From NCBI GenBank assembly GCA_043228905.1, contig JBHGNT010000022.1, positions 9,734,001 through 9,798,000 on the forward strand: DNA of 64,000 bases, read 5' to 3'. Every line of letters starts with the position of its first letter. The first letter of the stretch is position 1. Position numbers and translations under genes: made by a program. The notes under the pieces were generated by a model. The model had not been told where the DNA came from. It saw only the letters and a list, made by a program, of their open reading frames with translations, and made no database searches. Source of the DNA: Azolla caroliniana (Eukaryota > Plantae > Polypodiophyta). Below are positions 14,924-27,377 of this stretch, piece by piece.

Positions 14924-15588
14924 TGTCGTGATGTGGCATGTCTAGTGCGAGAAAAAGTCAAAAATTGAGGATCCACACACATTTCACGAATACTTGTAAA
15001 AATGAAAATAAATAAACCTAGGTCCCAATGGCATTGAGTGCATGTAGAGGGTTGCAAGTAGGATTTGAACCGTGCACCTCTAAGATAAGAGGCAATTTCC
15101 TTACCACTAAAGCTACTACTAAGTGCTTTAGATGTTCTATATTTCTTTCTCATATTCAGTATTCCGTAGGAAACAAACGAACAAAACCGTGTACACAAAA
15201 CCACGGTTTTAAGCCCATGGTTTCCTGCATGTCACAAAGCAAAACTATGTGCATAGAAACCATGGCTCCAAGCCCATGGTTTTGTGCATGGACAAACCTA
15301 TAAAACCCCTAGTACGGCTTGTGTAAAGGGGGGGGCTCAATATGATATGACCATCATCATCACCATCAATAATATAAGCTTCTATTTCTTCTTCTTCGCA
15401 TCTATCTTGTAATTATTTATCTATTTCTCAAAGTGTACAATCTTCAATCTTCTCAAGTGTAATAGGTCTTCCTCCAATCTTACATTCACATCGTCCTCTT
15501 CTCAATACCTTGACGGACATCCTCCTTGGTCCAAGACCCCGGCGGTCCCGCTCAAGCGAAGCACGCTCGCACGCGCATCTTCGCGACA
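14924..15588 (+). mobile_element. Solo LTR (probably Ty3/gypsy) nested in the copia pol
   Basis: Starts TGTCGTGA and ends TCGCGACA (inverted termini). 4-bp TSD GCGG at 14920-14923 and 15589-15592. Removing it restores the copia frame KNPVTRYGYNEYMAHHY. TATAAAA at 15299. Confidence 0.9.
15049..15122 (-). promoter_or_regulatory. tRNA-like A-box/B-box (Pol III type 2 promoter-like) cassette inside the solo LTR
   Basis: Minus strand reads TAGCTTTAGTGGTAAGG...GGTTCAAATCC. A-box T at 15115 to B-box G at 15070 is 45 nt (tRNA T8-G53 spacing). No complete cloverleaf. Confidence 0.65.
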
Positions 15589-16529
15589 GCGGTACGGGTA
15601 CAATGAGTACATGGCACATCACTATGTGTACATGATCAAAGTGGCGGAAGTGCGTGAGCCGGAGAGCTACGTAGAAGCAACAAAGGACACAAATTGGTGT
15701 GCCGCTATGGAGGAAGAAATGCGGGCAATTGATGCCAATGAGACATGGGACCTCGTTGACCCTCCCCGACACTGTAAACCGATGGGTTGCAAATGAGTGT
15801 ACAAGGTAAAGTACAATGCCGAAGGTTCGGTTAACCGGTCCAAGGCCTGGTTAGTGGCGAAGGGATACACACAGACCCACGGAATCGACTACAACGAGAC
15901 CTTCGCTCCAGTAGCGAAGATGACGATGGTTCGTGTGGTACTGGAGGGTGTTGCGGCAAGGGGGTGGCATCTTCACCATATGGCATCTTCAAGATGACCT
16001 TGATGTTGGGGCATAGCCCACTTGATGTGAGAGGTGCATGTGCATTTAGATGCCTTGGAAACAAGGTTTTTATCTTGTGGAGGCAATACGGAAAGGATAT
16101 TGGATACTTCCGCTAATGATTGTCTTCCCGGGATTACGTAAGGAGTATTTGCCGATGCTTGGAGCGATAGCTTCGAGGATCGAAACAATGGTGAAGATCC
16201 AAGAAAGTAAGGCAGCAAGAATAACTAAAAGGTGAAGATTCTTGTCGGCCCGAATCTTGGTAGGATCACTTGAGAGCTTAGCTACAAAGATAATGCTACA
16301 AAATGCAGAAGGAGATCTTATCGAACAAAAGGTGGAGTTTGCCAGATTCCCCGAACAATGTTTCTATTATAGGCAAAAGGGACACTTAGCCAAGAATTCT
16401 CCAAGGAGAAATGCTAAATTGGGGGAAAAAAAACTTCATTGCGAGTATTGTAAACAAGATGGACATGAGGTAGATAATTGCAAGAAGAAATTAGCCTCAG
16501 ATTGTATGCGTGTAAGGGCACAAGGGGAA

Positions 16530-16653
16530 ATAGGAGAAGATCAATGGATGACTGTAAATGCTAATCATGGGTGCAAGTCATGTACGATGCCTACTCCTAT
16601 TTCCCCTTGCACCCATGATTAGCATTTACAGTCATCCATTGATCTTCTCCTAT
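16530..16653. repeat. Perfect 48-bp inverted repeat, 28-nt loop
   Basis: 16530-16577 is the exact reverse complement of 16606-16653. Confidence 0.95.
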
Positions 16654-16694
16654 GTCCAACTTCTATTGTCTACGATGACTGTAAATGCTAATCA

Positions 16695-16879
16695 TGGATG
16701 GTACCACCAGTTTTCTCCCTTATCTCACTAGTGGGTATTGTCTGTTCTTGCATATCAACTTCTATGTCCAAGACATGCCTCACCTCTAATGCATACAATG
16801 CATTGGACATAGAAGTTGATATGCAAGAACAGACAATACCCACTAGTGAGATAAGGGAGAAAACTGGTGGTACCATCCA
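16695..16879. repeat. Perfect 77-bp inverted repeat, 31-nt loop
   Basis: 16695-16771 is the exact reverse complement of 16803-16879. The ORF track shows identical N-termini on both strands here. Confidence 0.97.
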
Positions 16880-19800
16880 AACAAATGATGGGTGTGTAAC
16901 TAGAACTTTTGCTTTGCATTTGCTTCGAAAAGAATGTTACATTCACGAAAACTAGATAATGTGGTCACAATAAGAATGCTTGGGATGTCAAAGGAGGATA
17001 CTAGAAATGGTGGTTTTTCAATACTTGATTATGCAGCCCCCTTTGGACATGACTTTACAAAACATTTGGGTGTTAAGAATGTTCATGAGCTCACTGCAAT
17101 AAGGGTACATGCTCTATTTAGATAGAAACAATTGGAAAACCCGTCCGTAGGTTATATTCCTTTCCGTTATGTGGTTATGAGAAAAATGTATGGAATCACC
17201 GTGATGTTATGTTGGCCATGAGAGGACAAGTTTTGCATTTTGCCAGGTATGTGCAAAGCCCTCATTTGGGGATTATTGGTGTGTTGTAAGGGATTTTAAG
17301 ATGATTGAGAATCCCATTGATAGAAAAGGAGGGAGTGTGGTAACAATTCATGGGGGAGGAACTAGCAGTCTGGGAACGAATGTGTTTGAAATTACATATT
17401 TTGGATGCATGGCATATGCCTAACATGTATTGATCTCAGGAATCTTTGTGTTTCTCACGTTCTGATGGGAGAATTGGTGGAACCAATCTCTCAAGGTTGG
17501 ATAGATTTTATGTTGGGGAGGCTTTTGTCTTAAATGGGGGGAATATCAAGATTATGCCAGGCATCGTTTTCTCCGATCATGCTCAAGTTATATAGAGAAC
17601 CTTTTGTCAATCGAAAATGGCGTCCATATGATTTAGGATACCCGAAAACGTAATCCTAGACGATCAATGGTATCTTCAAGTGAGAGATATTTGGTGAAGC
17701 AAAGATAATATGGATGTTTCCATTTCCACCAAGGTGGCTTATGCGTTGACGGAAATATCACAATATTTTGCATTCAAATCAAAACCTGAATATATGGTAT
17801 ATCAGGAGAAGGAAAGTAGGATGCAGGCAATGTTGATGTCTTTGCAAAGATTGCAACAAGGTTGGCCAGAGTGTGCATGGGTAGCTTTACATCTTGAAGA
17901 AGCCCGAAACAGGTTCAACATATGGAAGATTGTCGTAGTCAATTTCATTATCACAACTTTGCTTCAAAATGGACGCAAATTGGGGATATATGTACATGCC
18001 ATTTTTTAAATATGAAAGAACCCAAAAGAATCTCTAATATAATCTGTTGTATGCGGAATGAAAATGGCGAACATGAAATGGACCCAAATGTCATACGAGA
18101 AATTGCCATGAAGTTTTATGTTGCCCTTTTGTCAGAAGAGCCTATGGTTGAGGATATTAGACAAAATAGAATGAAGGTATGGACGGAAATTTAGCCCAAG
18201 GTTACTCGAGCAATGCAGGATTCATTGATGTCACTTATTAAAGAGTTGGAGTTGGAACAAATGTTACACTCATTATCGGACAATAGTCTTACACCTAAAT
18301 TCTACAAGAAATATTGGGGGATATTGAAGGAAGACTTAAGATATGCTTACCAACATATGTTCGAAAGTGGAGAGATGCCCATGTTGTTATCTGAGGGGCT
18401 TATTTATCTTATACCTAAACAAAGGGGTTTTTGGAAGATATTCGTAAGTGGAGTTCGATCACCCTCTTGAATACTAGTTATAAAATATTTGCTAAGTTGC
18501 TTGGTTTTCGACTACAAGAGGTGCTACCAAAGAACATTCATGTATCGCAAACTGGATGTATGTCGGAAAGGAGTATTATGGATAATGTTTTAACATTTTG
18601 GGAGGCCACTACAGTAGTGGTGAAAAACAAAAAAAACCTAGTCGTGTTGTTGGATTTTGAGAAAGCGTATGATAGGGTTGACTGGAATTTTTTGGAAGGT
18701 ACTATATATCGTCTGGGCTTCAACATGGCATGGATTAAGGGTGTTTCTGGTCTTTATAGGAATGCACATAGTTAGGTGTTGTTGGCAGGAGGAGTAGGAC
18801 CTCGGTTTAACATTACTCGGTTTGTCCGCTTGCACCATTTTTGTTTATTCTATTTGCAGAGCATATACATGTATTTCAATCAGCACAATCTATGGGTTTG
18901 CGTGGTTTGGTGATGCTAATAAGTGGACAAGATATATTGGACTCGGATTTTGCAGACGATACTACACTAGATGTGGATGAGACGCTAATGAATTTGCAAC
19001 ATGTAGAAAGGGCTTTGTTACAGTTTTGTACATCATCCAGACCTAATCTAAATTGGAAAAAAACTATTGCATTTTGGGTGGACTCAAAGAGAAGTTGCGA
19101 TTAGATACCTTGGAGTGCATGTCGGGATTGATTTGGCCCCATAATTACATGTTGCTCCATTATTATTAACTTTGAGGAAAAAGCTATTCTTGTGGAGCCA
19201 TGCTAAGCTATCTTTGGCCGGTAGAGTGATAGTTGCCAATCATGTACTACTATCTACGGTGTGGTATATAACTTTCTCTTGGATCTTTTCAAAATCATGC
19301 ATTGAACAAATTCAAAGGTTGGTTAAGAATTTTATATGAGCGGGGGAGGATAGGAGTCATGTAAGAGCGAAGGTGGCATGGTGTACGTTGATAACCCTGA
19401 AGCAACATGGTGGTCTGGGGATTATTAGTCCCCTAGATCAATGCATGGCCTTCTTAGCAAAGCTAATAGTTTGTGTCATTTTACTAGGACATGCCCCTTG
19501 GAAGCAATTGCTTATGCAAAGACTATATCGTTGTTCTCCACCGATGGGTGGATTATCGAGTGATAGTATACGATGGATCTTTATACTAGACAACAAATAT
19601 GTTATGATTAGGAATTGGGAAGACCAATTTTTTAATAGTCTTGTAAGAGCATGGGAGCGTGTACATAAAGGGTTGGGACATGGTGTACCAACATGTGAGG
19701 AGAAATACTTGAGACAACACTTAGTGTGGAATTCGAATATGCATTTGTCGTCATGGCACATGTTGGGGTCCTGTACGAGATTGGATTGGGCCAAGCTCAA

Positions 19801-20463
19801 TGCAGGACCAAGAGCGTCAGTTGATCAGCGTGGAAATCCTTTCTTACTTTGCATATAAATGGAAGGTCAGAATACTTTACCTCCTTGAGAGGGGGGCGGA
19901 TTATGTGGGATCAGGTACATGCGGTTTTGGGGCACTCGTCCTCTATGATATGATCATTTAATCCTCCCAGGTGGGAAGGGGCATGTACGAGGGCTTGTCG
20001 ATTTGGGTGTATAATTACTTTATACAGAGTACATTTTTGGACATAGGGGTAGTTTGGTAAATTTGGAACTTCCAGGGGCATTCTGGTAAATAGACGAACT
20101 TCCAGGGGGGGTAATCCTGATTGAAACATCCTCGAATGGGAATGCACGTATGGGACGTATGGTTCATAGTACATACTATGGATATACGTATAAAATACGT
20201 ATGTACATAGTATACGTATAAAATACGTATGTATGGTATGTATGTATACACATGTTATGTATTACTTATTTCTGTCTCAGAGAAATCAAAGAAAGGAAAA
20301 ATACGCAGAAATAAGTGATCCTAAGAAATCAGAGAAAACTCTGAGACAGAGACAGACAGACAGACAGCGAGGTAGCGAGCGTGCCTGCAGAAGGAGCAGG
20401 AAGGCAAAGAAAGAAGAAGAAGAAGAAGAAGAAGAAGAAGAAGAAGGAGAAGAAGGAGAAGCC

Positions 20464-23400
20464 ATGGATCGGGCTTGGGGTAGTAAACCAGGGAGCGGTG
20501 GAGCTGCTTCAGCTCAGAATGAAGCCATCGACAGGCGGGAACGCCTGCGCCGCCTCGCGCTTGAGACCATCGACCTCGCCAAAGATCCTTACTTCATGCG
20601 AAATCATCTTGGCAGGCAAGTATATCTTCGCCCCTCCCTACTGTTGCGTTTACGTTAGCCTAACCCTAATTCCTACACTGCTTATTCTCTCAATGCCTTC
20701 CCCTTTAGTCTTCCCCTGCGTGCATCTTTTAGAAAAAGGAAACGGTCTTTTCTGATGCCTAAATCATAGTTCTCACCTCCGTCTGCAGTTTTTCCTTTCT
20801 TTTTTCTCTTTTTTCTTGTGTCATGACAGTGCTGTCTCTTCTTTTAAACCTGTTCTTTCTGCATGGCGGGGACCCTCTGATTTGGTTTTAGGTTTGCATT
20901 ATATTTCTTCGCACAAACGGTTTTGAGCTCTTATCCTTTTTTCCTGTCTCTCTCGTATCTTTCTGACCGTATTATTGTATTGAAATACCCATTATTTTCC
21001 AGCTTTTCTGTCATTGGTACCGATAAATTTTCAAGAATCATAATCGATATAAGTACATATGCCTGAGAATAGGGTAAAGGGTTTGAGAAGATTCAGCAAA
21101 ATACATCGGATCCATCAAGACCCCAAGGTTTGGGGCTCCTATTTGTTTCTCTCCACTATTCTAACTAGATTTGAAAGATCACAAGAAGAATGTATAATGT
21201 TCTGGCACAACTCATGTGCTTATAATACTGCTGAAGGAAGTATTGTTTTCTAATCAGGGTCATAAGTTGTATTAGGTAGAGGCTTGAGACGGGAAAATTC
21301 TTGAGAGTAAGTTTAGCTACTTGTGCTAATCTGTCTTCATCTTCTAGAATATGGATTTCACACTACTCTTGATTCTCTTGTGCAGTTACGAATGCAAGTT
21401 ATGCCTCACACTTCATAACAATGAAGGGAATTATCTTGCCCACACGCAAGGGAAGAGGCATCAGACAAATTTGGCTAAAAGAGCAGCACGTGAAGCAAAA
21501 GAGGCTCCTATTCAACCACAGCCTAACAAAAGAAAAGTTGCACCACGGAAAACAGGCAAATTCTCATTTTGTTTATATGTTTCATAACTTCATTTTCCAA
21601 ATATGGATTTTGGTTTGAGATTTGTTGATAACTTGAACCTCGTTTTCTACTTAAAACAGTCAAAATTGGGAGGCCAGGTTATAGAGTAACAAAACAGTAT
21701 GATCCTGAGACAAAACAACGTTCTTTGCTTTTCCAGGTAATTTAATATCTCTTTTATTTTGTGTCGATATTAGAATAAATATGTTTTTCCATCTGTTAGT
21801 GTTTTGATTATGAGGTATTTTAGTTGGCTCAAGGTTAATCTCCCATAAAAGAAATGATTTTGTTAGTTTAAGGGCACAGAAGAGTTGACATGGTTACATT
21901 AAAATGATTCTTGTGGGCTGGGCCAGGAATCATTTTTTGGAGTTTCTTTAGACTTTCTAATTCTCCTTGATTTGTATGCACAAAAATGATTACCGTGCTT
22001 ATTAAGTCCTCCTGCATAGTGCGGGCAAATGAATAATTATATTTGCTATTGTGGTCTATAGACCTGGGCCTCTTTTTGTTTCTTTGGTTCTGTCTAGGAA
22101 TTTTGCAAAAAGGAACAGTATTATGTTGCACATTGTGACCTTCAAGCACATTAGTAGGAAACTGCTCCCTCTGATGATCATTCTGCATAATTTGTTTACG
22201 CCTAAATTTGCCTGGCATAAGGATTAAGGCATACCACAGAAAATATGAAGCGCCTGGATCCAAAGCACCATGGTCTGAAAACATTTAGTTGTTATCTGTG
22301 ATTTGGTGTTTTAAAGATACCATATTTCATCTGGGAAAGAATATTTTCTCATTACAATGATCTAAGAATTTTCTCACTATGAATCTAGAATCAGCGGGGA
22401 AATGAAGGATGGATATATAAATCTACCTTGGAAACCCATGTTTACGAGAAATTAAAGAATGATCATTATCAGTGTTTCTAGAAACAATTGTTGCTCACTG
22501 AGACGCTGTTAAGATTTTGAAGATGAATTCATTTTAGTATGGTTGGAGATGACCCACGTTTTAAGAGGTTAGGTCTTTATATTGACTAGCAATATTTGAA
22601 ATGGGTTTCATATGTTTAATACAAGAGGCCTCACACATCAGAATTTAGAATTCAGAGATGCCTTTATAGGGACTAGAAGTGGGAATAAGGCTGATTGGAT
22701 GGAAAAAGAGACCTTAGTATCGGGTTGTCAGATTTTTTCTCCTTGTTGATGTTTTTGAATCATGTTTGATATTGTTTTATTCCCCAAAAAAACAGCTGAC
22801 ATGGTGTTTCAAGATAACTCTGCAGTTGTACATTTATAACAGAAGCTGACCTTGCAATTCTGTTATTTTAATCAATAAACTTATGAAAACAACTTCAAAA
22901 TTTTGTCTTGTATATCATATTAGTGTAAATAATATTAGAAGAGGACTTTCTATAAAAATATCTCGTCTCATTGTCTCAATCTGCTGGTGCTATATATAAC
23001 AATTACCAAAGTTGGGTTGTCACTATCTCTACCTTACGTTTGTGTTGTTTTGTTGAATTATATTTTATTCTGAAACTAAGAATCTGTCCTTTTGGTTGCA
23101 TTAACACATGCTTTTTCTATATTGCAGATTGAATACCCAGAAATTGAGGATCTTGTAAAACCGCGCACCCGTTTTATGTCATCATATGAGCAAGTATGTG
23201 CCATTACTTTCAACCTTTGGATTGTTTGTGTATTACATTACCATACCATGTTTCTGATCAGCGTTTATTATGTTGCAGAGAGTGTACGCTTGTGACAGGA
23301 ACCATCAGTTCATACTTTTTGCTGCAGAACCATATGAAATCATTGGATTCAAGGTAAATCAATGATAAGATAGAAAATTTAATTAGCCTCCATTACTTTC

Positions 23401-24044
23401 CAAGATTGCATTCTAATCGATGATAAGCATGACAAATGTATTGATATTCAACAGAAAAATTAAGCCATGTGAAAAGTTTATGCGAAATATCCATTAAGCA
23501 TGAAGGCTAGTCTCTAAGTCTAACATCCCTTGTGATGTGAATAATGTAGATACCTAGCACCGAGATCGATTCTATCTCTTCAAATGGTTTTACACACTGG
23601 GATCCTGACTCCAAGATGTACACAGTTCAGCTCTACTTTAGGCCAAGACCAATAGGTGGAGGTCCACCACCACCACCACCACCAATGGTGAATGGTGCAC
23701 CTCCTCCTCAGCCACCTTCAGCTCCACCACCAGTGCGTCCACCGCCACCTCAAGGTGGTTTAGGAATACCACCGCCACCAGGTGGTATACCACCTCCCCC
23801 TCGAACCTTAGCAAATGTTCCGCCACCGCCACCACCTATGAGTAACATGAATAATGGGTATCCGTCAGTAGTGCCTCCGGTTCCCGTTCCCCCCATGGGT
23901 GCACCTTTTTCTCAACCGCCGCCGCCGCCACAAGGGATGCGGCCTCCACCTCCACCTGCAGGTTTTTCCTTTCAGCCTCAGCAACAAGGTGTTCGACCTC
24001 CTCCGCCACCGCCATTGATGGGACAACAAGCAATGCAGCAATAG
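20464..24044 (+). CDS. SF3A2: Splicing factor 3A subunit 2 (SF3a66/SAP62), 6 exons
   Basis: Exons 20464-20615, 21386-21555, 21660-21736, 23128-23193, 23279-23353, 23550-24044. Motifs: RRERLRRLALETIDLAKDPYFMRNHLGSYECKLCLTLHNNEGNYLAHTQGKRHQTNL (U1C-type Zn finger), VKIGRPGY, FAAEPYEIIGFK, proline-rich C-terminus. Introns 1 and 2 have GC donors. Confidence 0.96.
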
Positions 24045-27000
24045 GACTGCTAGGAACTTCTTAAGGACAAGTACCACCATCAATTGGTCAACAAGCAATA
24101 GGCGCATTGCGTTTTCTTTTCATAGTTTAGAACACTGATGTACCTGTATTTTCTGGAGAGCTTTGTAGTGAGAACTGAGCTGCGAGCCATTTGGCTATCA
24201 CTACCAGTACCACCATTAGTAATGAGTCAACACAACAGTGATCATTTTTGTTTCTTCATCATTTTATAGATTGATATCTTGTATATTGGCTTTGTGTAGC
24301 GATTGATAACCTTCCTACTGTCTGATTGCAAGCTGAGTTCGCCATCATAACCCACCAGCAAGTTAGCAACAGGCAATGACCTCTATGTGTTACTTTCACA
24401 GGTGGGTGTTTTCAGTATGTATTGGCTGTAGTTGGAACCTTCTAGTTTTTGAAAATTTGTTACATTTGCAATCATTTGGACACATTTGTTCAAGTTTCTG
24501 AAGCATTATGGGGGTAAATCGACAAACTTACAAATGTGTTGAACGTTCCATTTCTACATAAGTACCACAGCCACACTGTCATCAGAAGTTAATAAATGGT
24601 GGAAAGCATCAGCAAAGTTGCAAATGATTATGAACAAGGGAGATTTCAGTGTTAAATTTAACACCACATGAATGTTATAGAAGAATATGCAGGTTGTGTT
24701 TATTTAGAGAGTGAAATCTACTATTTTATTGTCTATCATCACATCAAGGAACAACCATATTATGCCATGTTATGGACGTAGTTTGTAATATTCATATACA
24801 TCTAGTTTAGTAGACGTATGCGAACGTTTGCATATGTTCACGTATGGTACGTGATATTTGTTTCCCTTTTGGGTTTTTATTGGTGGTATATGCACATCGC
24901 AAGTCTGAGAAGGACGAAATGAACCAGGCACGCGACCTCCACCTGCGGCCCTCCTCCCCCTATCTCTGCAGCTGGACCAATTGATCATGTTCATTCTGTA
25001 GAAGATGATCAATGATGAAGGATGGCGGAGCAACAACCATGATGATGATGGTGGTGGAGCAACAACCATGGCTCCTTTTGCACTCCCCTGTTCCTCCACC
25101 CAATCATCATCCCATCTTTGTGCATGAGAAGCTTTGTGATAGCTCCACTTATACCCCCAAATCTAGAGGTCCCTTTTGATTGATTTGAGAGAGAGAGAGA
25201 TGGATGGTTGTGGTTGCCTTTCAATGTGTTCCAGATGAAGAGGAGCCATGGCGTGGATAACAAAGAAGAGGGTCCAAAGAACACAGTGAATGGAAAACCA
25301 GAGCAGGGGGACTAGGCAAATAGAAAAAACAAAGCAAAAGAGAGAAATAGAGTAGTAAAAGGAAGCAAATTAATAGATCCCCCCATCGGTGTCTAACCCC
25401 CTAACAAGGGTAGGTCCATGCACTTTACGCATTGCAAACATCCAATTTGGCAACGGGCATATTTGGTGGGTCAAACAAAAGGCCCAAGGATGATTAACTT
25501 TATTCAATTATCCATGAATATTGAACTTCCCAAATTGACAAGGGTTAGAAAATCCCAAATTTTCAAATGTAAAGACAGATATCTATAGATGATATCACCC
25601 TTCCGACACAAGAAATAACATAAATATAAATATAGACGAATGGATTTCAATCATACATGGAACCATTTCATGTATGAGTATGATACGAATATTCACGTAT
25701 GAGTATGACACAAATGGGAAGTATGGCTCGAACTATGGTTATGGAAGCTCTTCAATTTGTTTATGAAGATGAAATGCTATGGCCAAATAAACAAAAGTTC
25801 TAGAAGCCACATATGGAAGAGAATGCTCACGACCCTTTGTATGGTGATACGTATACGCAAATTCCACATCGCAGCATCCAAACCTCTTCATTATTAATTC
25901 TTAGAATGGCCTTTTGATTAGGTTGCAACAAGAATTGTAGAGGTGGGGGTTCAAACCTAACATAGTTCAATATTGATTGTGTTATGTTTCACAAGTTTGC
26001 TTGAGTAAGATTTGCTAATTACACTAATGAGTTGATAATCGTGTTTGACATCATATGAGGTGTTCTCATCATAGTTATCATAATCATCTATATAATATGG
26101 TCTATAATATTGAAGTTTAAATTATCAAGGCCATTTTAATGGTTTACAAAACATGAACATATAAACTAGTTAAATAAGTAAATATGATTCTTATTACTAG
26201 TTGTATTTTTCTTCGAATAACTTTGCCGTTTTCTACAAATGACTTAAGTAATACTAGATGTAGAACATACATGATTGTATTTATGTTATCCAAGAGGGCA
26301 CCGCCTATCCAATGCATGCATCCTTGATGATTTTAACTTATCTAGTATGCATGAGCTGTTGACAACAATGCAAATTTGGCGATGGCGCTAAAGGATGCAA
26401 ATTGGTAGTTTCTCCTTCTCCAAGAGCTTTTACAAATTGCTTTTCGTAATCCATGAGTTTAGAAAAGTAGTTGCACATGACATGCACAACCATAGTTAAT
26501 CATATTCTCCTTCACTTCACAAATTTCCTTTTTTACATTGGAAACAATTGCTAACTGTGATTTGGTTGGACTTGTTGGTTCCAAGAGAATGTAAGTCGGC
26601 GATGTCTCCTCTTAAACATTCCAAACTTAAAAAGTGGCAAGAGGGTTTTTGCACATGTTTTGCAAAAGTTCTTATTCAAGAGCATACAATAAAAAAACCC
26701 ATAGTTTCTCGTGCTTTCCAGATTTCACTTTTCACTAGCACAAAGTGTGGCTTAATTAAGGCAATCAGTAAAGGAATAAATGAACAAACAAGGCATCTGT
26801 TTGTTAGTTAAGTGACAAAGTGCACTTCGATGCATCGCCTCTTTATGCGTAAAATGTATGCCCTCGAGGCAATCAAAACTGTATCTAACTGTATCAACAC
26901 ATTTTAAACATCCAAGATCTTCGTTGACTTCCTTCTTAAAAATACGAAAAAGCAAAACAAAGTCCTTAAGTAACAATAAACTAAGTGATATATATACTAA

Positions 27001-27377
27001 AACACACTCTAGATAGAGATCATTTAATTTTTTCATCATCGTCACCACCAATTGTTGTTGTTGTCTGTACAAGAACCATAAAAGCTATATATGAAGTAAA
27101 GAAATAGAGATGGCTAAAATGATTGGAATCACTCAAATGACTTGAATCATCATCTTCATCATTGTTGTCGTCATAACGAAGGTTAGTTGTGTGCATACTT
27201 CGTTGGGTCATTAGCTCTTCAACATGGTCATTAAAGCATGGTTGTGTCTCATACACACACACACACACACACACACATATCACCCTGTTGTCTCTCTTAG
27301 GGTTTTGAAATGTAGTAATGGCAAGAAAGCAGCTAAACACAACAGTAATCGAAAGAAAGAGCCAGTGACCGTCTCCC

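Larger units (their letters stand above)
11856..15982 (+). mobile_element. 3'-truncated Ty1/copia element, related to the 5244-10695 element
   Basis: Putative 5' LTR about 11856-12124 (starts TGTCAG, internal TATAAATA, ends CA). PBS TGGTATCAGAGC at 12125-12136. Gag MASSLPTEKLDRSNYASWSYKMHQYLLG, protease WYVDSGASNHM, integrase (LDVWGP, LRSDGGKEY, PEQNGVAERKNR), RT start (KAWLVAKGY...GWHLHHM), then an abrupt stop. Many in-frame stops; no 3' LTR seen. The LTR start is less certain. Confidence 0.9.
15990..20000 (+). mobile_element. Decayed L1-clade LINE (ORF1 zinc knuckle, APE endonuclease, RT)
   Basis: ORF1-like RILV...VEFARFPEQCFYYRQKGH. APE relics (LSRLDRFY, FSDH at about 17480-17580). RT motifs ITLLNTSYKIFAK, LLDFEKAYDRVDW, FADDT. 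Downstream VAWCTL..LKQHGGLG. Many stops and frameshifts; boundaries approximate. Confidence 0.85.

Noticed and set aside
20040-20135. MULE/MITE-like terminal sequence (ggtaaat...gaacttccagggg twice)
   Set aside because: No matching second terminus or TSD found.
25905-25965. Isolated B-box-like GGTTCAAACC
   Set aside because: No convincing A-box at tRNA spacing. An A-box-only match at about 46243 was rejected for the reverse reason.
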